A program made the translations under genes and the position numbers. The notes under the pieces are model-generated. The model had not been told where the DNA came from. It worked only from the letters and a program-made list of their open reading frames with translations, and did no database searches. Shown here one piece after another: positions 1-10,710 of a stretch of 64,000 bases of DNA. The DNA lies in the IMG/VR virus record IMGVR_UViG_3300046513_000348, positions 1-64,000 of that record; one strand, 5' to 3'. The number at the start of each line of letters is the position of its first letter. Positions within the stretch are counted from its first letter, which is position 1.

Positions 1-11
1 CTACCAAATGA

Positions 12-593
12 TTAGGAACCGAACAGAACGCGCAGTGTGAACAGCATGTCGGAGATGCCGTCGCGTTGACCCAGCCAGGAGCGGATGAAGTCACGGATAA
101 GCACCGGTCGCCCGGCATGGCTGATCATGAACTGACGAACGTTCGGACCAATCGAAAAGGCATTGTGAGTACCAATGTCGAGCGTGTCGACATAAATCAT
201 CGGATGGTACTTACGGAACCCGGTGTACACGTAGCCGATCGTCTCTTCGACGAGTCGATTCTGCATACTGTCAAAATATGGGTTTTCTTTTTGTTTTTCG
301 ATCCACTCATTGATGGTCGAGGTACCGAATGCATGGAGCGCGGCCACGTAGAGACGCTCACGGAAAGCGAAACTACGCTTCATCACACTTTCGTGTTGCA
401 GCGCTTCATCGAAGAGCTCCTGGATCATCACGTTTGGACTGATAGCGTCGCTTTCATTTTCCAAAGTGATGCGGCCAGAAGCCGTACCTATAAGATCCAC
501 CTGAATGGGCTTCTGGACATGCACCGCACGGTACTCGAGCGGAGCGCCCAGGAAACCGTTAGGATGCAGCTTCAACCCGGCGAAGATCTTCAC
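12..593 (-). CDS. Conserved phiKZ-like virion-module protein (gp91-like by position)
   Basis: 193-aa ORF with a 4-nt overlap to the upstream gene; last gene of the head-protein operon in this window; identity from synteny only. Confidence 0.5.
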   Translation of the reverse strand: MKIFAGLKLHPNGFLGAPLEYRAVHVQKPIQVDLIGTASGRITLENESDAISPNVMIQELFDEALQHESVMKRSFAFRERLYVAALHAFGTSTINEWIEKQKENPYFDSMQNRLVEETIGYVYTGFRKYHPMIYVDTLDIGTHNAFSIGPNVRQFMISHAGRPVLIRDFIRSWLGQRDGISDMLFTLRVLFGS

Positions 594-1483
594 AGGTCCT
601 CCTCGGCTTTGTTGATTTTGTACGTGAGGGCTTCGGCCTTGTCACGAAGGATCTCGATCTCTTTCTCGATCTTCGGATTGGCTTTGCCCTGCTCGGCTTC
701 TTCCAGCAGCAGGATGCGCTTCTGGATACGCATCAGGTCTTCCTGGGCTTCCTTGTAGCGCCACGCCTGGAACTCAGCGATCCATTTGCCGATGTGGAAG
801 AACGGATTCAGCGACACCGGGATGAAACCCAGTTGGAACGGATCCATCTTGTTGCGGCCGAACATGTGCAGATCGGCGTCCGAATCGGTGTCGACCTTCA
901 CATTGGGGATGTCCTCGAAGCTCTTGGCGAACGAGTTCGTCGGCAACGAGAAGGTGTTGAACACGTTCAGGAACATCGGGAAACGGTTCTCGACCCACTT
1001 GATCTCGCCGGCGGACAGATTGCGCTTCTGATAGTCCTCGTAGATGCCGCGTTGCTGGGTCTCGTAGACGACGCACATCTCGACGAAGCGGCGGATGAAA
1101 CGCATCATGAACGAGGCGTTGTCCACCATCTGCATCATGACTGCCGTGCGGTAGTCGATGTTGGTCTGCGAGACGGTACCCGGCATTTCGCGATCGATAG
1201 CGTTGCTCAGGTAGTTCAGGTTCGAACCGACCTGTTTCAGGCGATCGTGGATGTCCACGAAGGCGTTCTGGTTCTTGCCGAGCTTGAACTCGTTACGGTA
1301 GCGTTCCTCGAAACCGATGACCTCGGGGGACTTCGGCTTGACGAAACGGAATGCCGCTTGTGCGGTATTCATGATGGGAAAGACTTTCGTGTTCATGTCC
1401 TGGATAACAGAATCCAGAGACGCGAGCACGTCGTCCCGGTCGATAACGCCTTTCAGCGTCTTGACGTAGGAATTGACGTTCAT
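590..1483 (-). CDS. Internal head protein (phiKZ gp90-like)
   Basis: 297 aa, helical with a C-terminal coiled coil; C/G-ending codon bias; position next to the gp89-like gene. Confidence 0.55.
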   Translation of the reverse strand: MNVNSYVKTLKGVIDRDDVLASLDSVIQDMNTKVFPIMNTAQAAFRFVKPKSPEVIGFEERYRNEFKLGKNQNAFVDIHDRLKQVGSNLNYLSNAIDREMPGTVSQTNIDYRTAVMMQMVDNASFMMRFIRRFVEMCVVYETQQRGIYEDYQKRNLSAGEIKWVENRFPMFLNVFNTFSLPTNSFAKSFEDIPNVKVDTDSDADLHMFGRNKMDPFQLGFIPVSLNPFFHIGKWIAEFQAWRYKEAQEDLMRIQKRILLLEEAEQGKANPKIEKEIEILRDKAEALTYKINKAEEDL

Positions 1484-1498
1484 GGCGGGCCCTTGTGA

Positions 1499-2758
1499 TT
1501 AGAAGCTTGGAGCGTTGCCGAGCTGGTACGCTTTCAACATATCGGTGATCGAAGCGCCTTCCTTCTGGTTGGCGGCACGGCATTCGCGGATCGACAGATC
1601 CGAAGCGGTCGGGATGTCGGTCGTGTAGAACTTCACGCGGTCGTATTCCGGATCGATGACGGCCACGATGAACAGGCCGGTTTCGTCGAACAGCTTCTGG
1701 CGAACACGGAAGTCGTCGAACTTGCCGCCGATTTCCAGTTCCACCTTCTTGATGGTTTCGACCGTCGTCACCACCAGGTTGGTCGAATTGGCCACCGAAG
1801 GATTCAGCGACAGCATGGCCGAGATCTTGTTGTTACGACGCTGGGAAGCCACCGCCGTGTAGATGCCGGTGTTGTCGCGCATCAGGTTCTTCTTGTGCTG
1901 CTTCACCAGATCGCGAGCCGTCAGCAGGTCGACCAGATTGATCTGACCCGAGCGATACTTGATCCAGCGATTGGCGACGCTGTTGTCGACGTTGCCGGTC
2001 GAGAGCAGTTCCTTCAGCAGGTTCGGGACCATGACCGATGCGTTCAGGCGAATCATGATCGGGATGGTGCGCGACTTGTTGTCGTTCGAGATTTGCACCT
2101 CGAGGATCTTGCCCACGGACAGGTTCGACGCTTCCTTGATGACTTCCAGGGAACGCGATGCGAGACCGCCCGGTTCCATCAGGTTCTTTTCGTTCTTGTC
2201 GGCAGTGATTGCGCGCTGGATGTCGTTCTTCATGCCCTTGGCAGCATCCTGCACTGCACCTTGAACGATCTTTCCGGTACGCTTCTCGGCTTCGTCCATG
2301 ACCGCGTCGAGAACGCCACGGGTAGGGATCTTATTGACGGCACGGCCATTGCTGATGGCGCCGTTCGATTCGAGCGAAGGCATGCCGCCGAACTTCGGCA
2401 GTTTGTGCGCATAACCTTCGTTGGACATCATCCAGATGGCGCCGGCGGAGTCGAGCGCACTGTCGCGAACCGAGCGGTTCGGGTTCAGTTTGTCGAGATG
2501 GCGCGCAACGGCGATGTTGTCGATCGACGCTTGCAGCATATTCCAGGCCAGCAGATAGTATGCCGAAAAAGCCGAATGCAGGGACTGTGTCACTACCGGC
2601 GTATGTTCGTAGAAGATTACGCTGGAGTCAACGATGAGCGTTGGCTCTACCCGGGTGGGGCGTGTGTAATCGACGTACGAGTTGGCGGCGCCAGATCGCA
2701 GACCATCGATTACCTTGCCGGCCGTAACCAGGCCGGCTTCTCCAATTTTGTCAAGCAT
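1499..2758 (-). CDS. Internal head/inner-body protein (phiKZ gp89-like)
   Basis: 419 aa; S-x-E sites (SNE, SLE) of the type cut by the phiKZ-family prohead protease; divergent from the baseplate pair as in phiKZ. Confidence 0.6.
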   Translation of the reverse strand: MLDKIGEAGLVTAGKVIDGLRSGAANSYVDYTRPTRVEPTLIVDSSVIFYEHTPVVTQSLHSAFSAYYLLAWNMLQASIDNIAVARHLDKLNPNRSVRDSALDSAGAIWMMSNEGYAHKLPKFGGMPSLESNGAISNGRAVNKIPTRGVLDAVMDEAEKRTGKIVQGAVQDAAKGMKNDIQRAITADKNEKNLMEPGGLASRSLEVIKEASNLSVGKILEVQISNDNKSRTIPIMIRLNASVMVPNLLKELLSTGNVDNSVANRWIKYRSGQINLVDLLTARDLVKQHKKNLMRDNTGIYTAVASQRRNNKISAMLSLNPSVANSTNLVVTTVETIKKVELEIGGKFDDFRVRQKLFDETGLFIVAVIDPEYDRVKFYTTDIPTASDLSIRECRAANQKEGASITDMLKAYQLGNAPSF

Positions 2759-2790
2759 GATTTTTACCTCGGGATAACAGGACTTTAAAA

Positions 2791-4086
2791 GTGGATAACA
2801 GATTAGATCTAACCATTGACCAGATCTATAAACTCGGCAAGAAGGGTTCTGAAGACCTTCAAGCGGGACTCGAACGTGTGTACAACTCCACGCCCTTGGG
2901 TCCCTTGCCGAGTAACATAGTAAATACCGTCTATGGTATCAACCATCGTCAAACTCAATTGGCTTTGCCGTTTAACCGTGATGGTTTCGGCTTGACCTTT
3001 TTTACGCGGCCTCGCATGAACTTGACCACGAACAATATTCGTTTTGTGCGTCAGATGTACCCATTACTGAATACTGAGCCGCGTTCGATCCAGCGTATCA
3101 TTCGTACTACTCTCGATCCGCTGATTGCCTATGGGTCCGACCCAAGAAACAAAGAAATCAAATCGCCCTATGTGGACGACTTGAACATGTTTATTCCACT
3201 GCTGACGAACCTCTGTCTGACCATCTCAGGATGGCCTGATTTCGTCGTCGATACTCGCACAACGCCCGAGGGTCATTACCGAGAAGCGCACAGCATGGTC
3301 GACAGCAGTGTTGAAATTAAGAACACATACGAATTGTCGGCGTCCTTCCGGAACATACCGAATAATCCGGTCACATTATTGTTTTATTTCTGGTTGTTCT
3401 ACATGTCGAAGGTTTTCGAAGGGGAACTCATCCCTTACGGCTCTTCGCTGTACGAATGCGAGATGGATTACAATACCCGGATCTACCGTCTGATCCTCGA
3501 TCCGTCGAAGCGATACGTTCAACACATCCTGTCCACTGGTGCAGCATTCCCGCTTAATGCCCCGGTGGGCGCCCTGGGTAACTTTGACAGCACCCAGCCC
3601 TTCAACGATGCAAACGACAACGTGAACATTCGTTTCCAATGCATCGGCATGGATTACAACGATCCAATTCAGATCACGGAATTCAACCAAGCAGTGGCTA
3701 TCATGAACCCTGCCATGGCCGACGACGTTCGTGATGATTATCTCATCCAAATTCCTTACCAGGTCCTGTCGTTCTTCAATATGCGTGGTTATCCACGTAT
3801 CGACCCTTCGTCGATGGAACTGCAGTGGTATATCTCGTACTCCGTGTTCAAGTCGTATGCCACTCAACTGGCGGAAGTCTCGAACCTGAACGGTATGCGT
3901 AACCTGGCGTTCCTCGACTATATTTCTCCAGGGCAGCAGCAGGATTATAGGAAGAGCCTGGCTGACATGGAAGGTGTTCCCATGAACTCGAAGGATGGTG
4001 GCTTGATCACTACGCCTTTGACGGGAGAATACAGCCAGGAACAAATTGAACAGGTAAGGGCTTACTTCACAGGTGGTGGAAAATAA
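2791..4086 (+). CDS. Virion baseplate/tail-tube-like structural protein (phiKZ gp88-like)
   Basis: 431 aa, GTG start; FFTRPRMNL motif; coupled (TAATG) to the next large structural gene. Confidence 0.55.
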   Translation: MDNRLDLTIDQIYKLGKKGSEDLQAGLERVYNSTPLGPLPSNIVNTVYGINHRQTQLALPFNRDGFGLTFFTRPRMNLTTNNIRFVRQMYPLLNTEPRSIQRIIRTTLDPLIAYGSDPRNKEIKSPYVDDLNMFIPLLTNLCLTISGWPDFVVDTRTTPEGHYREAHSMVDSSVEIKNTYELSASFRNIPNNPVTLLFYFWLFYMSKVFEGELIPYGSSLYECEMDYNTRIYRLILDPSKRYVQHILSTGAAFPLNAPVGALGNFDSTQPFNDANDNVNIRFQCIGMDYNDPIQITEFNQAVAIMNPAMADDVRDDYLIQIPYQVLSFFNMRGYPRIDPSSMELQWYISYSVFKSYATQLAEVSNLNGMRNLAFLDYISPGQQQDYRKSLADMEGVPMNSKDGGLITTPLTGEYSQEQIEQVRAYFTGGGK

Positions 4087-6989
4087 TGGCCGGAAACATT
4101 CGTGACCTCATGAACGATGCCCAAGCGGCTTCGTTCGACCCTAGCGCGACGTATCGAGCGTCGCTGCGTACTCTCTTGCAAGTGATGGGCGGGCAGTTGG
4201 ATAACCTCTCCCCGATCAATCCTGTCGTGTACGCCATCGAAAACCAAGCTGCCTTGATTGGCGGCTTTACTGAAACGATGCAATCGGAAACACGTCGTCT
4301 TCTGCAAGTGCAGGCACTGACGCCCGAGGATTTGTATCCGCATATGGCGGACATCCACTTCAGCAACATCTTCAACCTGCCATCGACAACCGTTTTCACT
4401 CTCGTTCTGAACAAGGCCGAGATCCTGAACAAGATGGTGCCCGTACCAGGTACGATGTCCCGCAAGGTAACCATTCCTCGCAACTCGTACTTCACGATCT
4501 CTGATTACGTCTTCGGTATCCACTATCCGATCGACATCATCGAGCAGGTTCACGGCGCCCTCCGTGTGGCTTACGATACCGACGTCACGACTCCTCTTCA
4601 GGATCTCCAGACGAACGTGCTGAAGTTCCGCACGGTGCAGCGTGATGACATCGAATACCTGGCCATCGACATCCCGGTGTTCCAGTTCGCCATCACGAGC
4701 AAAACGCCGACGGTTACCCAAGCGATGACGTTTAGCTACAACATCGCCCTGCCTGATCTGTACTACGCCACCCGCGTTTATCGCACGAAGAGCGACGGTA
4801 CGCAGGAAGAGATCAAGGTGACCTACAGCGAAGAGATCTATGACCCTCTGAAGGCCACTGCGGTGGTGCGTATTCTGGATGGTCAGGTGAACATCATGAT
4901 TCCGCAGATCTACATCAACAGCGGCTTGATCGCTGGAGAACTGCGTATCGATGTCTACTCAACCAAGGGACCAGTCTCCACGACTTTCGACAGCTACCCG
5001 ATTGGTTCGATCGGCTATCGCTTCCGTGACCTGAACAAACGCGCCGACGCGACGTTCTCGGCTCCAATGCAAAAGTTGGGTACCTGCACGATTCTGGGCG
5101 AGAAGCCTGTGACTGGTGGTGTCCTGGGCATGACCTTCGAAGAGCTGCGTGATGCGGTTATCTCCGATGGCATCGGAGATCCTAACCTGCCGATTACTCC
5201 GGCACAGGTGAAGAACTACCTGAACCGTCGTGGTTACGACATTATCAAGAACACCGACATCGTCACCGACCGCGTGTTCCTGGCCACTCGCAACATGCCT
5301 GAGCCAGCCGGTGCAGGTCTTCTGACGGCAGCCAACGCATCCATTGAAACGATGAATGCGGCCTTTACAGACCTCATCACCAACTCGGCGGTAATCGACA
5401 ACGGAACGAGCGTTACGATCACGCCACGGGCCGTATATCGCCTTGACGACGGTATCCTGAAGCTTATGTCGGACAGTGAGCTCGCTACCGTGCGCTCGAT
5501 GCGTTCGGATCTGCTGGCGGCCCACGTCACGACCAACAGTTATCTGTACTCGCCGTACTACAACGTTCTGGACAAAGCGAACAACCAGTTCCGCTTGGCG
5601 GCCTACTACCTGGATGATCCGGCAGTGGAAAGCCAAACGTTCGTTCAGGACAACGAAGGTACTTTGCTGTCGGTGAATACCAACGGCTACCTCTTGACCA
5701 AGACCGACTCGGGTTACAAGCTGACGCTGAAGACCAAGTCGAGCGACGAGTACAAGGAGCTGAACGATAGCATGGTGCAATGCCTGCTGGGTTTCATCTC
5801 GCCGACTGAAGACGATCCGTGCTGGGTGGTTGGTACCCAGATCGCCGTAGGTTCGGATAAGGAGCGTACGTTCGAGTTTATTCTCGACTCCCGCTTCTCG
5901 ATGAATGCCAGCGATCGTATCGACTTCCGCAACTTCAAGATGTACGACACGACGGACAAGACGATCTATTCGGATCTCGAGCAGGACTTCATGGTCGTGT
6001 ACACCACGACCGAGCAAATGGGTAACCTGTTCCAACCGGGTACGATCGACGCTAAGCTGCCGCGTTACCTGATCCCGATGAATTCCGTCGGCATCACGGA
6101 AGAAAAGCTGAGCCTGCGTTTCGGTTCTGCTCTGTCGAACCTCTGGGCACGCGCGCGTTCGATCGCCTCATCGATTCTGTACGAGACCCATGCGACCGAC
6201 GTGATACTGCGTTACACGAAAGATGTCTTCAAGACCAATCCGGAAACGGGCGGCGACATCTGGTTCGTGGACGGCAAACCGCAGCGCATCTTGCTGCATG
6301 CCAAAGACGATCCTTATCTGGACCCGGAGAACAACCCGATCGTTCAGTATCCGAAAGGCACCGTCGTACTCGATCCCGTGACCGGCGAACCCAAGGTCAA
6401 GGATGCCCGTTACCTGAAGCATCGTTTCGAACTGTTCCTGATTGAAGGCGTATACATCTTCAGTAATGACCAGATCGCAATCGACTATCGTAACTCGGTC
6501 GCCAAGACCGTGGCTGCATGGGTGACTGAAGAAGTCTCGGGTCTCGAGAAAGTCACGATGGACAAGAGCAAAGCTTACTTCTATCCGAAGACCGTGTTCG
6601 GTACGGTGGAAGTCATTGTCACCGATGGTATTGTCCAGCAGATTCCTGCCGGTCAGAGCTTCGATGTCAAACTGTACGTCCCTGCTGAAGTGATGCAGAA
6701 CGACGAACTGAAAGCCCAACTCAAGAAACAAACCATTGCGGTTATTTCGGAATACCTGAAGAACCGCACACTGGCCGTCAGCGACATCATCGAACTCCTG
6801 AAACAAGCCTACGGGAGCGACGTGATCGACGTACAGGTCAGTCAGTTTGGCCCTGCTGCTAACATCCCTGTGATGCAGTTGGTCAATGAGGTTCACCGCT
6901 GTGGTATCCGTAAGCGTCTGGTTTCCCGTGATGACGAGAAGCTGGTCGTGGAAGAAGCCATTACCGTGTCCTACCAGTCGATTCAGTAA
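4086..6989 (+). CDS. Large baseplate wedge-like structural protein (phiKZ gp87-like)
   Basis: 967 aa, beta-rich; size and synteny fit the large conserved virion protein of phiKZ-like phages. Confidence 0.6.
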   Translation: MAGNIRDLMNDAQAASFDPSATYRASLRTLLQVMGGQLDNLSPINPVVYAIENQAALIGGFTETMQSETRRLLQVQALTPEDLYPHMADIHFSNIFNLPSTTVFTLVLNKAEILNKMVPVPGTMSRKVTIPRNSYFTISDYVFGIHYPIDIIEQVHGALRVAYDTDVTTPLQDLQTNVLKFRTVQRDDIEYLAIDIPVFQFAITSKTPTVTQAMTFSYNIALPDLYYATRVYRTKSDGTQEEIKVTYSEEIYDPLKATAVVRILDGQVNIMIPQIYINSGLIAGELRIDVYSTKGPVSTTFDSYPIGSIGYRFRDLNKRADATFSAPMQKLGTCTILGEKPVTGGVLGMTFEELRDAVISDGIGDPNLPITPAQVKNYLNRRGYDIIKNTDIVTDRVFLATRNMPEPAGAGLLTAANASIETMNAAFTDLITNSAVIDNGTSVTITPRAVYRLDDGILKLMSDSELATVRSMRSDLLAAHVTTNSYLYSPYYNVLDKANNQFRLAAYYLDDPAVESQTFVQDNEGTLLSVNTNGYLLTKTDSGYKLTLKTKSSDEYKELNDSMVQCLLGFISPTEDDPCWVVGTQIAVGSDKERTFEFILDSRFSMNASDRIDFRNFKMYDTTDKTIYSDLEQDFMVVYTTTEQMGNLFQPGTIDAKLPRYLIPMNSVGITEEKLSLRFGSALSNLWARARSIASSILYETHATDVILRYTKDVFKTNPETGGDIWFVDGKPQRILLHAKDDPYLDPENNPIVQYPKGTVVLDPVTGEPKVKDARYLKHRFELFLIEGVYIFSNDQIAIDYRNSVAKTVAAWVTEEVSGLEKVTMDKSKAYFYPKTVFGTVEVIVTDGIVQQIPAGQSFDVKLYVPAEVMQNDELKAQLKKQTIAVISEYLKNRTLAVSDIIELLKQAYGSDVIDVQVSQFGPAANIPVMQLVNEVHRCGIRKRLVSRDDEKLVVEEAITVSYQSIQ

Positions 6990-7002
6990 TACGACAGACA
7001 TA

Positions 7003-7032
7003 CTCTCCCTACCCCGCGAGGGGTAGGGAGAG
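7003..7032. terminator. Bidirectional hairpin terminator
   Basis: 13-bp stem CTCTCCCTACCCC / GGGGTAGGGAGAG with GCGA loop, between convergent genes. Confidence 0.8.
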
Positions 7033-7048
7033 GAGTCTTTTTGTTTGC

Positions 7049-8794
7049 TTAGTCTTTGCGAGTCACCTGCTGCAGCGCCTGCTGTGCTGCATGGTAGTCG
7101 ACTTGGATTTCCTTATCGTCGATGACGATATGGGAAGTACCGATGTCGCGCACACTCACCGAAGGAGGAAGCATGCGTGCCTGCATCTCGTGCTCACGGT
7201 GGACCTTGAGTTGCTCTTCCAGGTCATCCACGAGCTTCTCGAGAGTAGGTGGCGCATGCTCCTTATGCTTGTTGTAGAATGCCACGATCTTCTTGGCATT
7301 CGAACGCAGCTTTTCGACGATCATGGTGCCGTGCATGGAAGCTTCTTCGTACACCTTGGCAATGATCCCGTAGACCATCATCAGGGCGTCGAAGTTCTTC
7401 GCAACTTGCGTCGCCACCCGGAACAGCACTTGTGCACGCTCGCCGCGGGCCTTGTCGTGCATTGTCATGCCATTGCGTTCACGGGCTTCTTCGGATTTGG
7501 CGATCCTGTCGAAACGGCGCAGGGTCGGCTCGGCCTTTTGCAAAGCGTCGATGAAGTCCAAGATGCCGCCGAAGTTGACGTTACGCAGACGGCGCATTGC
7601 ATCTTCGTGACTGACCAGCAGGTCTTCCAGATCCGTGAAGAACGGACGGTATTCCGACGGATCGTTCGTTGCGTTCTTGACTTCGACAGCCCAGTGAGGC
7701 AGCGACGGATAGCTCTTACCACCGACCTTGAAGTCGCCCGTGTTTAGCATGGCCATGTCCATGACGTCCAGGGCAGACGAAACGCGCGCGCCTGGAGCCA
7801 TTTTGCCCATGCTGTCGGTGCCAGATTCAAGGGTTTCGAGATCCTTGATCAGTTCTTCCATCACGCCGATGTTACCGAGCACGATAGAAGCGCCGGATTT
7901 AAACGCCTCAAATGCCGACGTAACCATTTCCAGGGCATAGCTCTTGTCCTGGTAAATGATCCGGGCCCACTTGTTCGGCTTACGCAGATAGTCGTAGACC
8001 GCAGCACCACCTTCGAGGTCGGCCAGGACGTCGGACAACTTGACCTTGATGTAGTGCTCTTTTTCGTCAAGGTTGGTACGAGGGCCAGTACCCAGCTGCT
8101 TCGTGGTACGGACGATTTCTTTCTTCAGCGGTTCAGGCAGATCCGATTCGGCAATCTTTTTCAGATCGTCGTGATCGGGAACCTTCACTTCGATGTAGTC
8201 GCCGTTGGTATGGCGAACCAACTTCATCGTTTCCGTGATAGCCTTATCCTGCTGAGCCAGATTCTTGTCGGCGTTCTTCACGCCTTCTTTCACCTGATTC
8301 AGATCACCAGTACCGCCGTTACCACCGCCGCCGAAACCGAGCCAGTCCATGAACTTGTAGATCAGGGCGGCAACGAAAGCGATAGCAGCTGCGATGATAC
8401 CCCACAGCTTGAGGTCAATTGCTTCCAGGCTCCAGTCGCAACCGATCATGCTCAGATCTTCGGTGAAGTGCCGGGTCGTGGTATGCGATTCGAGGGAAGG
8501 CATCAGCTCGAGCAGTTCCACAGCCATGCTGCGGTTCATGCCACGAGCTGCGATGACGCGATGGCGGAAGTCCACCAAGCGAGCCACGAAAGATTCGGTC
8601 GACACGATGAGATCGATGTCTTCTTTCATTTCCGGGAATTCGTTGGCGAGTTCGGGCTGCTTGAAGAAGTCCGCGCCTTCGATTTCGAAGCCACTGTTGG
8701 GACCGCCGCTGGCGGCGTTCATCATTGCTTTTTGTTTGATCGCATCCGTGTCGTGGAATTGATCGAAGTTGATGAGAGAACCAGACATCAGCAT
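7049..8794 (-). CDS. Processed head protein (phiKZ gp86-like)
   Basis: 581 aa; acidic N-terminal propeptide with STE/SLE sites, then a hydrophobic helix and Gly run. Confidence 0.5.
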   Translation of the reverse strand: MLMSGSLINFDQFHDTDAIKQKAMMNAASGGPNSGFEIEGADFFKQPELANEFPEMKEDIDLIVSTESFVARLVDFRHRVIAARGMNRSMAVELLELMPSLESHTTTRHFTEDLSMIGCDWSLEAIDLKLWGIIAAAIAFVAALIYKFMDWLGFGGGGNGGTGDLNQVKEGVKNADKNLAQQDKAITETMKLVRHTNGDYIEVKVPDHDDLKKIAESDLPEPLKKEIVRTTKQLGTGPRTNLDEKEHYIKVKLSDVLADLEGGAAVYDYLRKPNKWARIIYQDKSYALEMVTSAFEAFKSGASIVLGNIGVMEELIKDLETLESGTDSMGKMAPGARVSSALDVMDMAMLNTGDFKVGGKSYPSLPHWAVEVKNATNDPSEYRPFFTDLEDLLVSHEDAMRRLRNVNFGGILDFIDALQKAEPTLRRFDRIAKSEEARERNGMTMHDKARGERAQVLFRVATQVAKNFDALMMVYGIIAKVYEEASMHGTMIVEKLRSNAKKIVAFYNKHKEHAPPTLEKLVDDLEEQLKVHREHEMQARMLPPSVSVRDIGTSHIVIDDKEIQVDYHAAQQALQQVTRKD

Positions 8795-8803
8795 GACGGT
8801 TCC

Positions 8804-9277
8804 TTACAGCGTGATCGCCATTGCCTTCTTCAGATCGCCGATCATCAGGTTGGCCATGGTGTAAACCTTCGGAGCCGACAGGCCGGTTTCCTTGATCGCT
8901 TCGTAGATCTGCGCAGGCATGATCGAAGCCAGGCCCAGGGCCACGGCCATGAAATCGAATTCCGGATTGACGGCGTAGTCAGCCGGCGAACCGTTGAAGA
9001 TGCGGTGGCGGACCAGGTACATCGTCTTGGCAGCTTCGATGGCGCCCGGAACGTCGATCAGGATTTCTTCGTTCAGGAACGAAACGGCGCGCGACACATT
9101 GGCAACGTGCATGGTGTTGAACACCGTCAGCGGGATCAGTTCGTCACCCTTCTTGACTTCCAGGAAGTTACCGATGGCCATGCCGATCAGGGTCGGCAGG
9201 ATCATGCGGCGCTTCATGGTGTCGGGCAGCAGGAGGGCGGTCTTGTTTGCGAATTCGCGAATGGCGAGATGATTCAT
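8804..9277 (-). CDS. Virion protein (phiKZ gp85-like)
   Basis: 157-aa ORF in the structural operon; synteny. Confidence 0.5.
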   Translation of the reverse strand: MNHLAIREFANKTALLLPDTMKRRMILPTLIGMAIGNFLEVKKGDELIPLTVFNTMHVANVSRAVSFLNEEILIDVPGAIEAAKTMYLVRHRIFNGSPADYAVNPEFDFMAVALGLASIMPAQIYEAIKETGLSAPKVYTMANLMIGDLKKAMAITL

Positions 9278-9301
9278 GATGTCTTGATCCTAGGTGAGGA
9301 A

Positions 9302-10612
9302 TTAAGCGTGTTGCAGGCGGTTGGCGTAGTAGAACATCTTGTTCGAGGCCATCTCTTCGAGGGCTTGTTCGAATTCGATCTGCTTACGCTTCTGTACGCC
9401 GGAGGGAATCAGGTAATCGTACACGAGCCCGACCAGCTGCGTATGATCCTTGTATTTTTCGTTGACCTTGTCGATCATCTCGATGTCGGCACGGATACGA
9501 GCCGAGCTTTCTTTCGAGGTAGCGGGGTTCTTCAGCTCTTCGATCAGCTGCATGCGAACACGTTTGAAACGCTGGCCGCCTTTATCGTACCAGTCGTGAT
9601 GCGAGTCCGCGAAGACGAACGACATCACCAGGCCGAAGGTGGTCCAGGCACCGAAGATGTTGCCGATCGACACTTCGAACACGCCCAGCAGAACCAGGGC
9701 GACCTTCACGAATTCCATGAAGAAGTAACCGGCCCAGCCACGACGATAGATCGTGCCCTTCATCAGCTTGTCCAGTGCGGTCACGAGATCGCGGCCGGCG
9801 CCGTGACGAGTTGCGAACTGGTCCGACAGTGCTTCGAAGCTGTTGATGTCGTAGCCCGGCGTGCCCGACTGACTGCGATTGAAACGGGCGATGTTCGAGA
9901 CGAACACGGTGTAGACGGTCGTGTTGTTCTTGGTCGAGAGACCTTGAGCATCGACGAAGGACAGATCCAGCAGATCGCTGGTTTCCTTGATGATGATCTC
10001 GCGTTTGCCGTGGTCTTCGGTACCGTCCAGCTGGCGCACCATGGTGGTCAGGATCTGGTTGGTCGTACGGAAGCGAACCATGAAGTCGAAGAACGTGTAG
10101 ACGTGGCCGACTTCATGCAGGATGACCGCCGAGATTTCAGCGCTGGTGTATTGGCGGCCGTCGAACAGCTTGTACAGCAGGCCCTTGTTGCCGTAGATCA
10201 TCGGAGCATTCAGCAGCATCTGGATCGGCGACAGTTCTGCGAAGTAGCCATGGACATACGACGCATTCGGATCCAGGAGACCACGGACTTCTTTGTCGCG
10301 ACTCTTACGAATGTCCGACAGGCTTTGTTTGGAAAGGGTCGATTCTTTCCAGCCGTAGCCTTCCATCAGCGGGCTGTTTTTGTCGATGTTCGGCGGTTCG
10401 GTCGACATCGGATAATCACCGATAACGATGTTGAAGTTGATGTTCGTGTAGTCCTTGATGCAATCGGCGATTGCGATCTCGAACTCGGTTTGGGTTTGGG
10501 CAGACCAGCTGCCGCGGTATTGGTCGATGATAGCCGTCAACGACGTATGAAACGAGTTGTTCTGAAAGCTGATGCTTTCGGGGCTATAGATCGGATTGAT
10601 GGTTCTGAGCAT
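9302..10612 (-). CDS. Virion-module protein with M48-like zinc metallopeptidase motif (phiKZ gp84-like)
   Basis: AVILHEVGH (HExxH), downstream EALSDQFA..HGAGRDLVTALDKL and a hydrophobic hairpin. Confidence 0.65.
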   Translation of the reverse strand: MLRTINPIYSPESISFQNNSFHTSLTAIIDQYRGSWSAQTQTEFEIAIADCIKDYTNINFNIVIGDYPMSTEPPNIDKNSPLMEGYGWKESTLSKQSLSDIRKSRDKEVRGLLDPNASYVHGYFAELSPIQMLLNAPMIYGNKGLLYKLFDGRQYTSAEISAVILHEVGHVYTFFDFMVRFRTTNQILTTMVRQLDGTEDHGKREIIIKETSDLLDLSFVDAQGLSTKNNTTVYTVFVSNIARFNRSQSGTPGYDINSFEALSDQFATRHGAGRDLVTALDKLMKGTIYRRGWAGYFFMEFVKVALVLLGVFEVSIGNIFGAWTTFGLVMSFVFADSHHDWYDKGGQRFKRVRMQLIEELKNPATSKESSARIRADIEMIDKVNEKYKDHTQLVGLVYDYLIPSGVQKRKQIEFEQALEEMASNKMFYYANRLQHA

Positions 10613-10710
10613 GATTGCGTCCGGCCTTTTGTCTACGGTAAATTAAAATCAGAGGACACAATTCTGTGCCCGAAAAAGTCCTATGCCTCATAAAAAAGGT
10701 GAGAAACGTC

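Noticed and set aside
8054-10693. Very long antisense ORFs (also 19963-22443, 37419-39449, 56426-58351 and others)
   Set aside because: They mirror real genes on the opposite strand, as expected from strong C/G-ending codon bias. They lack RBSs and recognisable motifs.
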